A DNA stretch of 63,593 nt, filler included, from Reclinomonas americana ATCC 50394 (Eukaryota), in assembly GCA_048213135.1 (NCBI GenBank). It is 24 parts of 24 records of this genome, joined end to end, with 100 filler letters (N's around TTAATTAATTAA, not from the genome) between each part and the next. Parts side by side here need not be neighbours in the genome. Positions count along the whole stretch, not along the records: positions 43,520 to 44,815 come from AFZH01022905.1; positions 44,916 to 46,052 come from AFZH01022906.1; positions 46,153 to 48,385 come from AFZH01022907.1; positions 48,486 to 51,050 come from AFZH01022908.1; positions 51,151 to 52,400 come from AFZH01022909.1; positions 52,501 to 56,267 come from AFZH01022910.1; 18 more parts are not named here. One strand, 5' to 3'. A program made the translations under genes and the position numbers. The notes below the pieces were generated by a model. It saw only the letters and a list, made by a program, of their open reading frames with translations. It did not search any database and had not been told where the DNA came from. Shown here one piece after another: positions 43,575 to 55,026 of the stretch (the first letter of the stretch is position 1; the number at the start of each line of letters is the position of its first letter).

Positions 43575-44815
43575 TCAATCGTGCTCCCGCCAGATCGCGC
43601 CGAGCCGGGCGATCTTCGCGTCCGACATGTAGCCGTAGCGGTTGATGTGCAGGTGCCGGCAGGGCGCTTCGAGCACGGCTCGGAAGCGGCGCTCGACATC
43701 GTCAGGCGGGCCGTAGCCATGGGCGATCACCGAAAGCCGTGAGCGGCTGATCTGGCCGGCAGCGGTCTCGACCGTCCGGCACAGGGCGTCGGCATCGGCC
43801 GGATGCGGCTCGTGCGGTTCCGGATAGCGCAGCGACTCAAGCGTCAGCGCGCCACCATTGAGGCCGAGCCATCGATGGACCGCGGCGAAGACCGTGGCTG
43901 CATCCGCGCTCGTGGCGGCGGCCAGGCGCTCGACATAGCCGCGTTCGATCATCGGCCAATGCATCGTGTAATGCTTGACCGCGATCTCGTCGGCGATGCC
44001 GTCCACGGCCGCGAAGTCGAGGCCGGAGAGCAGGTTGAGCGGCGGCGGGAAGGCCTGCATCACCACGCCGATCCGGCCATAGGAGGCTTCCTTCACGATC
44101 GTCGTCAGGGCGCTGACATAGTCGGTGACGATGGCGCTGCGGAAGGCGAGGAGATCGGCCGCCCAGCCGCTTGGCTGAAGCAGGGCGGCGATGGCGACGA
44201 CCGCGCCGGCCATGTCCGTTCGTGCTTTGCGAAGCCCTTCCAGCGCCCGGGCCCGGATCGCCTCGACATCATGGCCGAGCTCCTGCCCGCGCTTCACCGC
44301 CGGCGGGCTGAAATCGAAGAGCAGGCTATCCAGCGCATAGGGCGGATATTCCGGCCAGTCGAAGCGTAGCGCATCGCAGTCCGGATAGTTCGCGAGGAGG
44401 TCGGCGACGAGGCCGCGCATATAGGCGCGTAAAGCTTCACTGGCGAGGCTGACATTGGCGTCGACGCGATTGCGCACTGGCGTGCCGAACATGGTCAGCG
44501 GCTCGTCGGCGCCGGCATCGGCACGTTGCTGCACGCGCAGCGCCGGCGGCGCCGCGGCCATCACCTGGAGCTGGGTGGACAGGCCGGCGCGCTTGGCCTT
44601 GGTCAGCATGTCGGCGACGATGTGGCCCTCGCGCTCGGTCAGCGCGTCCGGCTCCGGCGGGACATAGGGCGTGTCGCGATAGAAGCGCGGGTTCGGCACG
44701 AAGCTCGGCGCCGTCCGCATCCACAGCGCGGTATCGCCCCAGAGCGGCCGGTCGAGCGTGCGGACAAGGCCGGCGCCGGCATCGGCAGGTGGCTCGCGCA
44801 CGCCGAGATGCTCGG
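43575..44815 (-). CDS. Uncharacterised protein, possibly a GH-like TIM barrel, 5' partial
   Basis: Long GC3-rich ORF; YPDCDALRFDWPEYP; function not assignable. Confidence 0.6.
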
Positions 44816-45007
44816 NNNNNNNNNNNNNNNNNNNNNNNNNNNNNNNNNNNNNNNNNNNNTTAATTAATTAANNNNNNNNNNNNNNNNNNNNNNNNNNNNN
44901 NNNNNNNNNNNNNNNACCGCGCTCGAGCTCGCAGTGACTGAGGGCGCCGGCGCGGTCGAGGATTCGGCTGCGGTTTTCGCGGCGTGACGCTGTCCGCCGC
45001 GCCTGAC

Positions 45008-45799
45008 CTATCGTACCGGCTTCCGTACGCGCATGTGCAGGAAGAGCGGCGCGACATAGGTGTCGGCGAGATAGGGCACGGCCCTGGCCGTCTGCGCATC
45101 GACGCCCGGCTCGTGCATGTGCTCGATCCGGAAGCCGGTCGCGACCAGCAGGTTGATCCAGTCGCTCATCGTGCGGTGGAAGCGCGGCACCCGGAATGGC
45201 GCGACCCTGGCCTTCTCCTCGGCCGGCGCGGCGCCGAAGCGCCAGCTCTCGATCTCGCCGTCGCCGACGCGGAAATACTCGCGGACCTCGATGCCGAGCA
45301 CATTCCCGGCCTCGTCGCGCATCACCTTGCGGCCGGGCGTCGCGAAGCAGGGATGCAGGATCGAGAACTGCAGGAAGCCGCTCGGCTTCAGCACCCGCTT
45401 GGCCTCGGCGAGGACGCGATCCTGATGCGGCATGTCCATCAGCGACATGAAGGCGGTGGCGAAATCGAACGAGGCATCGGCGAAGGGCAGGGCCATGCCG
45501 TCGGCGACGCGATAGCTGATTCCGAGCGGACTCGCAGCTTCGGCTTCCTGCGCATGGCGAATGAAGGTCGGAGCGATGTCGATCGCAGTGACGCTCGCGC
45601 CGGCCTCAGCGAGCTTGCGGGTGTTCGAGCCCTCGCCGCAGCCGATGTCGAGGCCGTCCAGCCCGTCGATATCGGGCAGGTGCGCAAAGAAGGCCGGGGT
45701 ATTCTGGGCGTCCCGGTAGAGGTCGTAGCCGGCGCGCGCATGCCGGGTCCAGGTTTCGGCATTGGCCTCCCAGCAGGCCGCGACTTCGCTCGCTTCCAT
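45008..45799 (-). CDS. Class I SAM-dependent methyltransferase
   Basis: GLDIGCGEG, LPFADASFD, RVLKPSG, SILHPCF. Confidence 0.92.
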   Translation of the reverse strand: MEASEVAACWEANAETWTRHARAGYDLYRDAQNTPAFFAHLPDIDGLDGLDIGCGEGSNTRKLAEAGASVTAIDIAPTFIRHAQEAEAASPLGISYRVADGMALPFADASFDFATAFMSLMDMPHQDRVLAEAKRVLKPSGFLQFSILHPCFATPGRKVMRDEAGNVLGIEVREYFRVGDGEIESWRFGAAPAEEKARVAPFRVPRFHRTMSDWINLLVATGFRIEHMHEPGVDAQTARAVPYLADTYVAPLFLHMRVRKPVR

Positions 45800-45861
45800 G
45801 ATCGTCCTCGCCGTTCGGGGGAGGGGGCTTCTAGCTCAGCTCGTGTTCGGATGAAACCACG

Positions 45862-46010
45862 CCGTCTTTCCGGGGCGACGCGAAGCGGCGAGCCCGGAAC
45901 CCAGAACCGATACCGCATCAAACAATGTCGATCGGCAACCAAGCCTTCACGGCAACCGGCATCGGTTCTCGGTTCCGGGCTCAGGCCTGCGGCCTGCCCC
46001 GGAAAGACGG
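45862..46010. repeat. REP/RIME-like palindromic element
   Basis: CCGTCTTTCCGGGG...CCCCGGAAAGACGG termini; inner arms GAGCCCGGAACCCAGAACCGAT / ATCGGTTCTCGGTTCCGGGCTC. Confidence 0.8.
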
Positions 46011-46152
46011 GGTGGTTCCGATGACCGCCGCTCAACTCGCCCAAAAGATCTGNNNNNNNNNNNNNNNNNNNNNNNNNNNNNNNNNNNNNNNNNNNNTTAA
46101 TTAATTAANNNNNNNNNNNNNNNNNNNNNNNNNNNNNNNNNNNNNNNNNNNN

Positions 46153-46377
46153 GCGCTCGCACCATTGCCGCGCTCGTAGCGCGAGGTTCGTGGAGCCGCC
46201 GGTAGTAAAGTACGGTCCTTTGTTCAGAGTCGGCGAGAGCGACTCTCGACGCCTGTCGTGGCGCGTCCAGGCCTGCCATAGCGCCTGCGTCGAGAGCGTG
46301 ATGATCGCTGTGCTGGCGAGGCCGAGCACAGCCAGGAGCATGGTCTTGATGCTGAGATTTTTTGCGGCGTTGAGCAT
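46153..46377 (-). CDS. N-terminal TM fragment, possibly a chemoreceptor/sensor
   Basis: KNLSIKTMLLAVLGL.. transmembrane start; truncated by the contig end. Confidence 0.35.
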
Positions 46378-46600
46378 GACAAGTCCGGAGGGGAGACGGA
46401 TTCGTTCAGTTTCTCATCCGGCCATTGATATTGTGCTAACCGTGCGGTGCCGTCGGTATATCTTCGGCCCGGACGGATGAACCGTGCGGCGAGACCAGCA
46501 GCTGCCCGAGGAACGTCATCGGTTTGACACCGCCGGACGTTTGGAGTTGGTGCAGTGCAAATCCGCAGCCCCGCTGCGCCCGATTCCGGATGATCCTGCC

Positions 46601-47590
46601 ATGCTCCTGATCCACGGCATCTGCCAGACGAGCGGTGACAAGCTCGCCCATCGGACCCTAGCGGCCGATGAGGAGATCCCGCCCGGGTCGATCTGGATCG
46701 ACCTGCTGAACCCGACGCCGGCCGAGGATGCCAAGGTCGAGCGCCATCTCGGCATCTCCATCCCGACCAAGGAAGAGATGCACGATCTCGAACCGTCCGA
46801 GATCATCTATGCCGAGAACGGCGCCCACTACATGACATCGCGGATCATCTGTCACTCGGACACCAATGTTCCGCGCCTCGCCGACGTGACCTTCATCCTC
46901 ACCGAGAAGGCACTGGTGACCGTCCGCTATGACGAGCCGGGCGCGTTCAGCATCTTCCTCAACCGCGTCACCAAGCCCGGTGGCTGCGAGCTTGAGCCGG
47001 CCGGCGTGATCGAAGGGCTGGTCGAGGCGGTCGTCGACCGCGCCGCCGAGGTGCTGCGCGGCGTCGGCGACCGCATCGACATGCGCTCGCGCCAGATCTT
47101 CGACGGCGACAGTGCCAATGTCGAGCAGGGCCGGGTCTATCAGGCGGTGGTCCGCAAGATCGGCCAGTACGAGCACATCATCTCGAATGTGCGCGAGAGC
47201 ATGGTCTCGATCGAGCGCGTGCTGCTTTACCTGTCTGCCAATTTCAAGCGCACCAAGAAGGCGGCGAGCGGCTTCAATCCGGAATGGCGCTCTGCGATCC
47301 GCGACGTCCAGGCGATCGAGGAGCACGCCACCTTCCTGTCGAACAAGCTGCAGTTCATGCTGAACGCGACGCTCGGCCTGGTCAGCATCGAGCAGAACAA
47401 GATCATCAAGCTGTTCTCGGTCGTCGCCGTGGCACTGATGCCGCCGACCCTCGTCGCGTCGAGCTACGGCATGAACTTCAAGAACATGCCCGAGCTCGAA
47501 TGGAGCTATGGCTATCCGATGGCGCTCGCCATGATGGTGGTCTTCGCCGTGCTGCCCTACATCTTCTTCCGTTGGAAAAAGTGGCTTTGA
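46601..47590 (+). CDS. corA: CorA-family Mg2+ transporter
   Basis: WIDLLNPT; PPTLVASSYGMNFKNMPELEW signature. Confidence 0.95.
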   Translation: MLLIHGICQTSGDKLAHRTLAADEEIPPGSIWIDLLNPTPAEDAKVERHLGISIPTKEEMHDLEPSEIIYAENGAHYMTSRIICHSDTNVPRLADVTFILTEKALVTVRYDEPGAFSIFLNRVTKPGGCELEPAGVIEGLVEAVVDRAAEVLRGVGDRIDMRSRQIFDGDSANVEQGRVYQAVVRKIGQYEHIISNVRESMVSIERVLLYLSANFKRTKKAASGFNPEWRSAIRDVQAIEEHATFLSNKLQFMLNATLGLVSIEQNKIIKLFSVVAVALMPPTLVASSYGMNFKNMPELEWSYGYPMALAMMVVFAVLPYIFFRWKKWL

Positions 47591-47629
47591 TCGTGCCGGG
47601 GCGGCGCGCCTTCGGATAGCCTGCCTTAC

Positions 47630-48385
47630 ATGACGCTGCCGCAGATTCTGTCGTGCTCCCTGGTCGCCGCAATGATGGCGGCCTTCGTCTGGGGCAAGCT
47701 GCGCTATGACGTGGTCGCGCTCCTGGCGCTGCTCGCAGGCATCGCGCTTGGCGTCGTGCCGGCCAAGGAAGCATTCAAGGGCTTCTCCGACGACATCGTC
47801 ATCATCGTCGCCAGCGCCCTGATCGTCAGCGCCGCGGTGGCGCGCTCGGGGCTGGTCGAGACCGCGCTCGCCCGCATCTCCCCCTCGCTGCGCTCGACGC
47901 AGGCGCAGGTCGCGGTCCTCGTCTTCGTCGTTGCCGCGATGTCGGCGATCATCAAGAACATCGGCGCGCTCGCGATGATGCTGCCGATCGCCTACCAGCT
48001 CGCCCGCAAGGACGGGAAATCGCCCTCGGTCTTCCTGATGCCGATGGCCTTCGCCTCGCTGCTCGGCGGCATCGTCACGCTGGTCGGCACTTCGCCGAAC
48101 GTGATCGTCGCGCGCGTACGGCAGGAGCTCGGCGGTGAACCCTTCGCCATGTTCGACTTCACGCCGGTCGGCATCGGAATCGCGCTTGCCGGCTGCGTCT
48201 TCCTCAGTCTCGCCTATCGGCTGCTGCCCAAGGATCGCCAGGGCTCGCGCTCGCTCGACCAGGCCCTCGACATCAAGGACTACCTCACCGAGGCGCGTCT
48301 GCCCGAGAAGGGGCCGCTTGCCGGCAAGACGGTCGCAGATCTCAGGAAGCCGGGCGATGGCGAGGTCGAGGTCGTCGCGATCCTG
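47630..48385 (+). CDS. SLC13/CitMHS-type permease with TrkA-C domain, 3' partial
   Basis: RYDVVAL, SLLGGIVTLVGTSPNVIV, GPLAGKTVADL. Confidence 0.88.
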
Positions 48386-48663
48386 NNNNNNNNNNNNNNN
48401 NNNNNNNNNNNNNNNNNNNNNNNNNNNNNTTAATTAATTAANNNNNNNNNNNNNNNNNNNNNNNNNNNNNNNNNNNNNNNNNNNNGTACAACAAAGTAGG
48501 ACATGTACACAATTCATTGCCTATACAAAACGAAGTTCATTTTTCCGAGGCTGTCATGTGGCACGAGAGGGGGCGAGTATAAAGATACACAGCGATAGAT
48601 GTGTTTGTGGGGGGGCGTGGTGAAAAAAAGACTCTGCGCATGCGCATGCAACGTCGATCAGTA

Positions 48664-49815
48664 TCAAGGGAAGAACTCCTCGGCGTCAATGTACTGGTGA
48701 ACGATCACCCGCGCGTCCTCGACAATGAAGCAGCGCAGCACAATGTCCACCAGGCAGCGCGGGTCTTCGAATTCGTCTTCGTCTGCCTCTACCTCTGCCG
48801 CCGGCGCCAGCATGCGACTCACCACCTTGGCCGCCTTTTCGGCGCACTGGAGATCGAAACACACCTCGCTGTAGGCGGTACGCCACACGCGCACGGTGCC
48901 GTCGTCGCCGCCAGAGACAATGTGGCTGCTGTCCGGCGCAATGGCCAGCGACAGCACGCCCAGGTCGGCGTGCCCGTGCAGGCAACGCAGCTCCTCGCAG
49001 TTGTCGGCGTCGAGAGACCACACGCGGATCGTGCGGTCCTGGCTGCCGGATACCATGTGGCGGCCGTCGGGCGCCATCACCAGCGCCGTCACCCAGGCGG
49101 TGTGGCCGCAGAGCATACGCAGCTGCTTGCCATCCGTGAGAGACCACTCGTAGATCATGCCTTCGAAGGCGCCGGCCAGCACGCGCAGGCCATCGGGGGT
49201 GACGGCCATGGCCGACATGGGACCGTGCCCGCTCGGGATGCGCAGCTCCTGCCTGCCCGTGGACATGTTCCACACGCGGATTCTGGAGTCGTGGCCGGCG
49301 GTCACGACGCGGGCGCAGTCCGGCGTCAGCGCCACCGCCGTGATGAGGTCGGTGTGCTTGCGCAGACACATGAGCTCCTCGCCCGTCGCCAGCAGGCGCA
49401 CGTACGCCCTCGCGCCGCTGCTGCAGACGACGAGCAAGTTGCTGCGATCGACAACAATTGACTCTATGGCCCGCGGCTCGTGGAACTGGCTGAACACGCA
49501 GGCGGTCTCGCAGCCTTGCCCGCTCTCTGGATCCAGCGAGAGCACCACCAGCAGCCCGTCTTCATTGCCGATCACGGCATGCTGGCCGTCGTGCGTCAGC
49601 GCTAGCGCCGTGTTGCGAGAGGCTTGCACGAGCGGCGCGTCGAGCAGCCACTCCGTGTCAGCTACCAGAGGCATGGTGCGCACCGAGCGCTCGGGGTCCT
49701 TACACAAGTACACCACAAACTTGCTGTCGGGTGTGATGGCCACGGCGACCACTTCGTGGCCCACGTCAACCATCTCCTTGCGAAGGAAGGGCGGGGGGCC
49801 GGGAGGTGGCTCCAT
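48664..49815 (-). CDS. WD40-repeat protein (single exon)
   Basis: Repeats GHTAWVTALVMAPDGRHMVSGSQDRTIRVW and HTDLITAVALTPD..TAGHDSRIRVW. Confidence 0.93.
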   Translation of the reverse strand: MEPPPGPPPFLRKEMVDVGHEVVAVAITPDSKFVVYLCKDPERSVRTMPLVADTEWLLDAPLVQASRNTALALTHDGQHAVIGNEDGLLVVLSLDPESGQGCETACVFSQFHEPRAIESIVVDRSNLLVVCSSGARAYVRLLATGEELMCLRKHTDLITAVALTPDCARVVTAGHDSRIRVWNMSTGRQELRIPSGHGPMSAMAVTPDGLRVLAGAFEGMIYEWSLTDGKQLRMLCGHTAWVTALVMAPDGRHMVSGSQDRTIRVWSLDADNCEELRCLHGHADLGVLSLAIAPDSSHIVSGGDDGTVRVWRTAYSEVCFDLQCAEKAAKVVSRMLAPAAEVEADEDEFEDPRCLVDIVLRCFIVEDARVIVHQYIDAEEFFP

Positions 49816-49905
49816 CTTGCGTGGGGAAGGGGGAAAGGGGGAAAGTGGTGAAGTTACTGTAAACCTTGTGGTGGTGGACAGTTGTCCTTTGCGAACAGAC
49901 GACAC

Positions 49906-50061
49906 TGTCAACAACAACAGTTCATTCACCAACAAACAAACAACAGCTGTCTTGATGACCAAGTTCAACCGTATCCAAAACATCAACACATTTGGATATG
50001 GTTGAACTTGGTCATCAAGACAGCTGTTACTTGTTTGTTGGTGAATGAATTGTTGTTGACA
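49906..50061. repeat. Long inverted repeat (about 70-bp arms, 11-nt loop)
   Basis: 49907-49979 is the near reverse complement of 49991-50060; a degenerate arm copy lies at about 50389-50450. Confidence 0.9.
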
Positions 50062-51462
50062 CCAATCTTGAGGCAGCAGCAGGTTCCTTGTGTGTGTGTG
50101 TTCGCTCTCGGAGCTCCGAACAAGTCGAGAAGTGCGATCTTCACCGCATCAGCGTGGTTGACCAGTGGATTTGACACACTTGCATAGACGCATAGCGTTT
50201 TCTGCGATCGTACACGGCACATCGAATTCGGGAAAGGCCATAAGCCAGACAAGCAAAGCAAAGCCGAAAGCCGGGTCTGCTGGGTCCGAGAAGCAAGCGA
50301 AATCGAAGCGGTGGTGGTACCGGTGTCGTCATTGGTGATGTGGTTGAAACAGAAAAGAGCTTGTCGTCTTGTATGGCGTGGATGCTTCGGATATGGTCAG
50401 ACTTAGTCGTCAAGACAGCTGATACCATGAGTGAATTGGTACTACTTGACGTCGAACAATATCGCGACGTCGCGCAATAAAAAATGCAACAAGATCACTT
50501 CCATCTTCTTCACTCTCCCGTGCTGCACGGGCATCACCACAGCGCACAACCGCTCCACGCGGAAAACCTCACACGACGGAATGTCCCGCGCAGTTGCAGT
50601 CAATTAAATCTAATCAGACAAACACGCGCGCACATAGCATGCACCACGTGGAGTTCCTCGTCAATGGTCACCACACACGCACCTGCCCATCTCCTTCAAT
50701 CACTCACACCCTTCTCGCCACAGACGACGACTCCACCATTCCCGCATGGTGCCTCCCACTCACCTCTCACACCACAACATCACCCTCCGCAGCAGCCGCC
50801 TCATCCTCTTCCATTGGATCACTGGTGAACGGACGCGCGACTGTAGTCCTCCTGCCTGCGTCTCCGTTGTGGGCGAATAGTGGCGGGAATCGGGGAGCGA
50901 TGAGTGAGGCAGTGAGGCAGGTGGCGAGCAGGTTGCGAGTGGAGTCTTCTTCTTCTTCTGCTGCGTCGGTGGTGGTGTTGGTGGCGCCGGATGTGTGGTC
51001 GTCGGCGTCGTTGGAGGGTGGCAGTGGGAGGGAGGAGGAGGTGAGGTTAANNNNNNNNNNNNNNNNNNNNNNNNNNNNNNNNNNNNNNNNNNNNTTAATT
51101 AATTAANNNNNNNNNNNNNNNNNNNNNNNNNNNNNNNNNNNNNNNNNNNNGGAAGAAGGTTGTCCTTTAACGGTGTCTGCCATAGCGTGGTTGGAGAAGT
51201 GCCGACGTCGAGAGAGAGAGGACGAGGGCAGCAGAGAGAAAGTGGAGGAAGGGGTAGAGGGGGCAGGAGAGAGCTGCATGTGAGAGTAAGATCAGTATGA
51301 GGGAATAGACAACAGGGATTGCAAGAAGCAATGAGCAGGAATCGCTTTGTGGCGTGGAGCGAGATCTTGACATGAGAGAGGGAGATCGTGGGAAGGGCGG
51401 AGGAGGGCAGGCGAGCTTCACATGAGAGTTAGACCGATGTGATAGAAGAGACAACTGGGATT

Positions 51463-51498
<36 letters not shown>

Positions 51499-51867
51499 GG
51501 AGAGCAGCAGAGAGCTGCATGTGAGAGTTAGACCAGTACGTGGGAATTGATAACTGGGAGTGCTTGAAGCAAGAAGCAAGTATGGCATTGCGAGGAGCGA
51601 GATGCCACGCGAGAGACCGAGGAGAAGAGAGACACTTGAGAAGTTGGTCTGTGACGAATTGAAGACAACTGGGTTGAGTGCGTTGGATTACAGCATTCGA
51701 AGTCGAGAGAGATGATTCTGCAAGGAACAGGAGAGAAGAACAAGGGCAGAGATAGCTGTGATTTCGACAGAGGAGAGATTGGAGCTGAGCGTATCGATTG
51801 CTGCGAGTCAAGTCCCTGTGGGAAGCTTTCATTTCTCACTTGCTTTTCCCTTTCCCTTTCCGCACAG

Positions 51868-52400
51868 CCCCTCGACTACTCGATTCTCTTCGACTGGTCC
51901 GCGCTGATCAGTAATATTGGCAGCGTGGTGGCCGAGTTGAAGGTCTCGTATTACCATCTACTTTTCTGCCACTGCCCCTTTTCCTGACCCCCCACGCACA
52001 CACAGGAGGCCGGCGCGATGTATGTGTGCCTGCTGGGAATTGGTGTCGGAGCCACGGCGGCCTTGTTGCGCGCTCTCTCTCTCTCCCGCTTCCTCTCCCC
52101 CTTTCTTTTCCCCTCAACGCCCCATTCTGCAGAGCGGCCGCCGACTCCCTGGCTCACATCGACGCCGTGGTGGCCGCGGGACCTCGCCTCCCGCCTCCCG
52201 AAGTGTGCGATTTGTCAATACCACTGGAGGTGTCACTGGAGATGCACTTGGGCGAGGGTGATGAGTGGGAGCCGAGGAAATGGTGTGAGTCGCTGTCGAC
52301 ATCTCCGCACCTGCAAGTTTGGTGGTACGCCGACTGTGGCCACGGATTCATGATTCCGGTGAGAAATGGCACGCTCCCCGTTGTTGCGATCCCTCCTGTT
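51868..52400 (+). CDS. Possible dienelactone-hydrolase-like alpha/beta hydrolase exons
   Basis: EMHLGEGDEW..WWYADCGHGF resembles the DLH C-terminal Asp/His region. Confidence 0.4.
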
Positions 52401-52694
52401 NNNNNNNNNNNNNNNNNNNNNNNNNNNNNNNNNNNNNNNNNNNNTTAATTAATTAANNNNNNNNNNNNNNNNNNNNNNNNNNNNNNNNNNNNNNNNNNNN
52501 TTCCCCCTTCTCCTTCCCCCTGTTCCTTCCCCCTGTTCCTTCCCCTTTTTCCTTCCCCCTGCTCCTTCCCCCTGTTCCTTCCCCCTGTTCCTTCCCTCAG
52601 CTCCTTCCCCCTTTCCTTCCCCCTGTTACTCCCCCCTGTCCCTCCCCAATTCTCATTCCCCCTTCCCACCCTCATCCCGCCCTCCCCCTCGCAG

Positions 52695-55026
52695 ATGTCT
52701 GGCCTCTCGGAGACGACACGTGCGCAGTGGAGGCTTGGCGCCTTTGCTGCACCCGAGTGCGCTCTCATGTGGGACCGCATCGGCGTCTTCCTCGAGCGGC
52801 AATTGTTGCGTGCTGCTGCTTTGGCATACTCTCCGGTCGCATGCACTATTTTGCTGAATGTGGTGCCACAGAAACGCGGACCATCCAGAGGCGGCACCAT
52901 CAGTGCGCTCATACGTGGCCGGCGTCGACGGATTGCACGGATGGGGCACAAAAGAAGGTGCGTTCTATCACTGAGTGCGGCGCGCTCTGTGTGCTGACCG
53001 CGGCGCTTTTTCGTCAGGCGGCTTGTGGAAGTCGTGGAAGAGGCGGTACTTTTTGCTGACGCAGCGTGCACTCGAGTATTATACGGACGCGACGGTGAGT
53101 TGCTGTGTGCTTCAGTGCAGCGGAATGTCGCTCACTGTGTCTACATTAGTTGACGGTCTCCAAGGGCTTCATCGAGCGCCAAAGCGTGCTGGCGGTGTTT
53201 GTGCTCGACCAGTACAAGGGCCGCAACAACATTGTTTGCATGGACACGCAGACTGCGAGTCGTTGCGTGGTGGTTGCTGAAGGGAGGAGCAGTGAGGGGA
53301 AGAGAACAAGTCCGAGGAAGTTACATGTGTGAGTGTGATGAGGAGACACTATCGCGCTGTTGATCGTGGGAGACTGTCGTATAAGGAGAGAGCTTCTACT
53401 TTGCCCTCTCTTCCGCCTCTCCACACCCTTCCCCCTTCTGCTCCTCACCCCTCCTCGTCATCCAGGCACCCGAACCTACTACTTCGCCTTCGACACACCG
53501 GCCGAGGCACGCGCCTGGTTCACCGGTCTCCTGCGCTGGTCACCCTCGTCGAAATCCCTCACCGTGTCACCCACGTCGGGTGCGCGGCGCAAGTCGTTTG
53601 TCGCTCGCGGCTCGTTCATCAATCAGCAGTCGCTTCCCTCGTCGACCGATGTGTCGTCGATTGGCGGGCTGCACTGGGGAAAGACCGTCGGCTACGGCGT
53701 GACCGAGGATGGCGGAGAGATTGAGGAGGTGGATTGGGGTCGCGTGTCGTGCGCGCCAGGTCTCGTCTACATTCGGGTCACGCACTGCGGTGTGTGCGAG
53801 GAGGATGGTGAGTGGGTCTGAGTTGAAGGGTGAAGAGTCTCTTCCATTGACTCTTTTATTCGAGCAGTCCGGTTACTGGGTCTGCCGTGGCCGTCCGACG
53901 ACAAGGGTGAAACGCAACTGGTGGTACCCGGCCACCAAGTGATTGGCATTGTGTCAGAGGTCAGCATTGATGAATATGTGCCTTTTTCTTCTTCTGCTCT
54001 CTATCCCTCTCTCTATGTGTGTGTTTGTATTTCTCCTTCACCCCTCCCTCCCTCCCTCCCCTCCCCCTTCCCCTCATATCCCTTCCCCACCACAGCTCGG
54101 CTCCGGCATTGCGGACTTGGAGTTTGGCGAACGTGTGGCCGTGTGCGGCATTTGTGCACCGTGTGGAGCGTTGCGTCGACTGCGTTGAGATGCGTTTCTC
54201 CTTTGTCACTGACACTCGCCACAGGTGCTCACGATGTCGCGCGTGTCGACCGGACGAGTGCACAAGACCAGCACATCGTGACTTTCGCTTTCCGCACTGC
54301 GGTGGATTCGCCAGTGGGATGCTCGTGCCGCGACGCTTTGTTGTCGCCCTGCCCGAGTCGGTGTCGGGTGCGCAAGCCGGTGAGTGAACACCACCAAGAG
54401 TGTGCTGCTTGCTGTCTGCCTCATGAATTCCGTGGCTCAGCGCCATTGTTATGCGACGGGCTCGCGGCCTACTTGGCACTCACCGTGCAGCGGTTGACGT
54501 CGGGTGAACGGGTCGGCGTGGTTGGTGAGTCTCGCCTTCAACAGAAGTGCACGTGCTTCGCTGTTCTCAATCGCTCTCTTGTTCAGGAATCTCTGGTGGT
54601 CAGGGCCGCTACTGCACCCTCTTTGCCAGCGCCATCGGCTGCCGCGTCTGCTGCATTGGCTCCGAGCTATCGGAGGGACGAGATCGTGCGGACGCGGAAG
54701 CATGTGGGGCGGCCGAGTATCACAACGCGGAGGCGTTGCTAGCGGGAAGTGGTGGCGACATTTCGCCCGTGGATGTGTTGCTGGTCGCTCTCGACGCTCC
54801 ATCAGCGTTCCTCGATGAGCAGACGTGTCGTCGCTTTGTGGCTGTGGACGGCAAGGTGGCCTTTGTGGGGTACGTCGCGTGTCGACAGCGCTGTTTTGTC
54901 ACCGCAGGCGCTCAACTTTTTCCGCAGACACCGACACGGAGCTGGCGCAATGTGCCCGCTCAAGCACATTCTCGAGCCGTTGCGTCTCTCTTCCTCGTAT
55001 TACAGAGTCTCTCTCTGTCTCTGTAA
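52695..55026 (+). CDS. PH domain plus Zn-dependent (MDR) alcohol-dehydrogenase-like fusion, multi-exon, ends uncertain
   Basis: LHGWGTKEGGLWKSWKRRYFLL..YY..RTYYFAFDTPAEARAW, in the same exon frame as RVTHCGVC; then VPGHQVIG, GERVAV, CSRCRACRPDEC, APLLCDG, VGVVGISGGQG. Confidence 0.75.

Noticed and set aside
33088..48385. Bacterial genes as a horizontally transferred island in the protist
   Set aside because: No contig contains both bacterial and eukaryotic sequence; adjacency comes only from the linkers.
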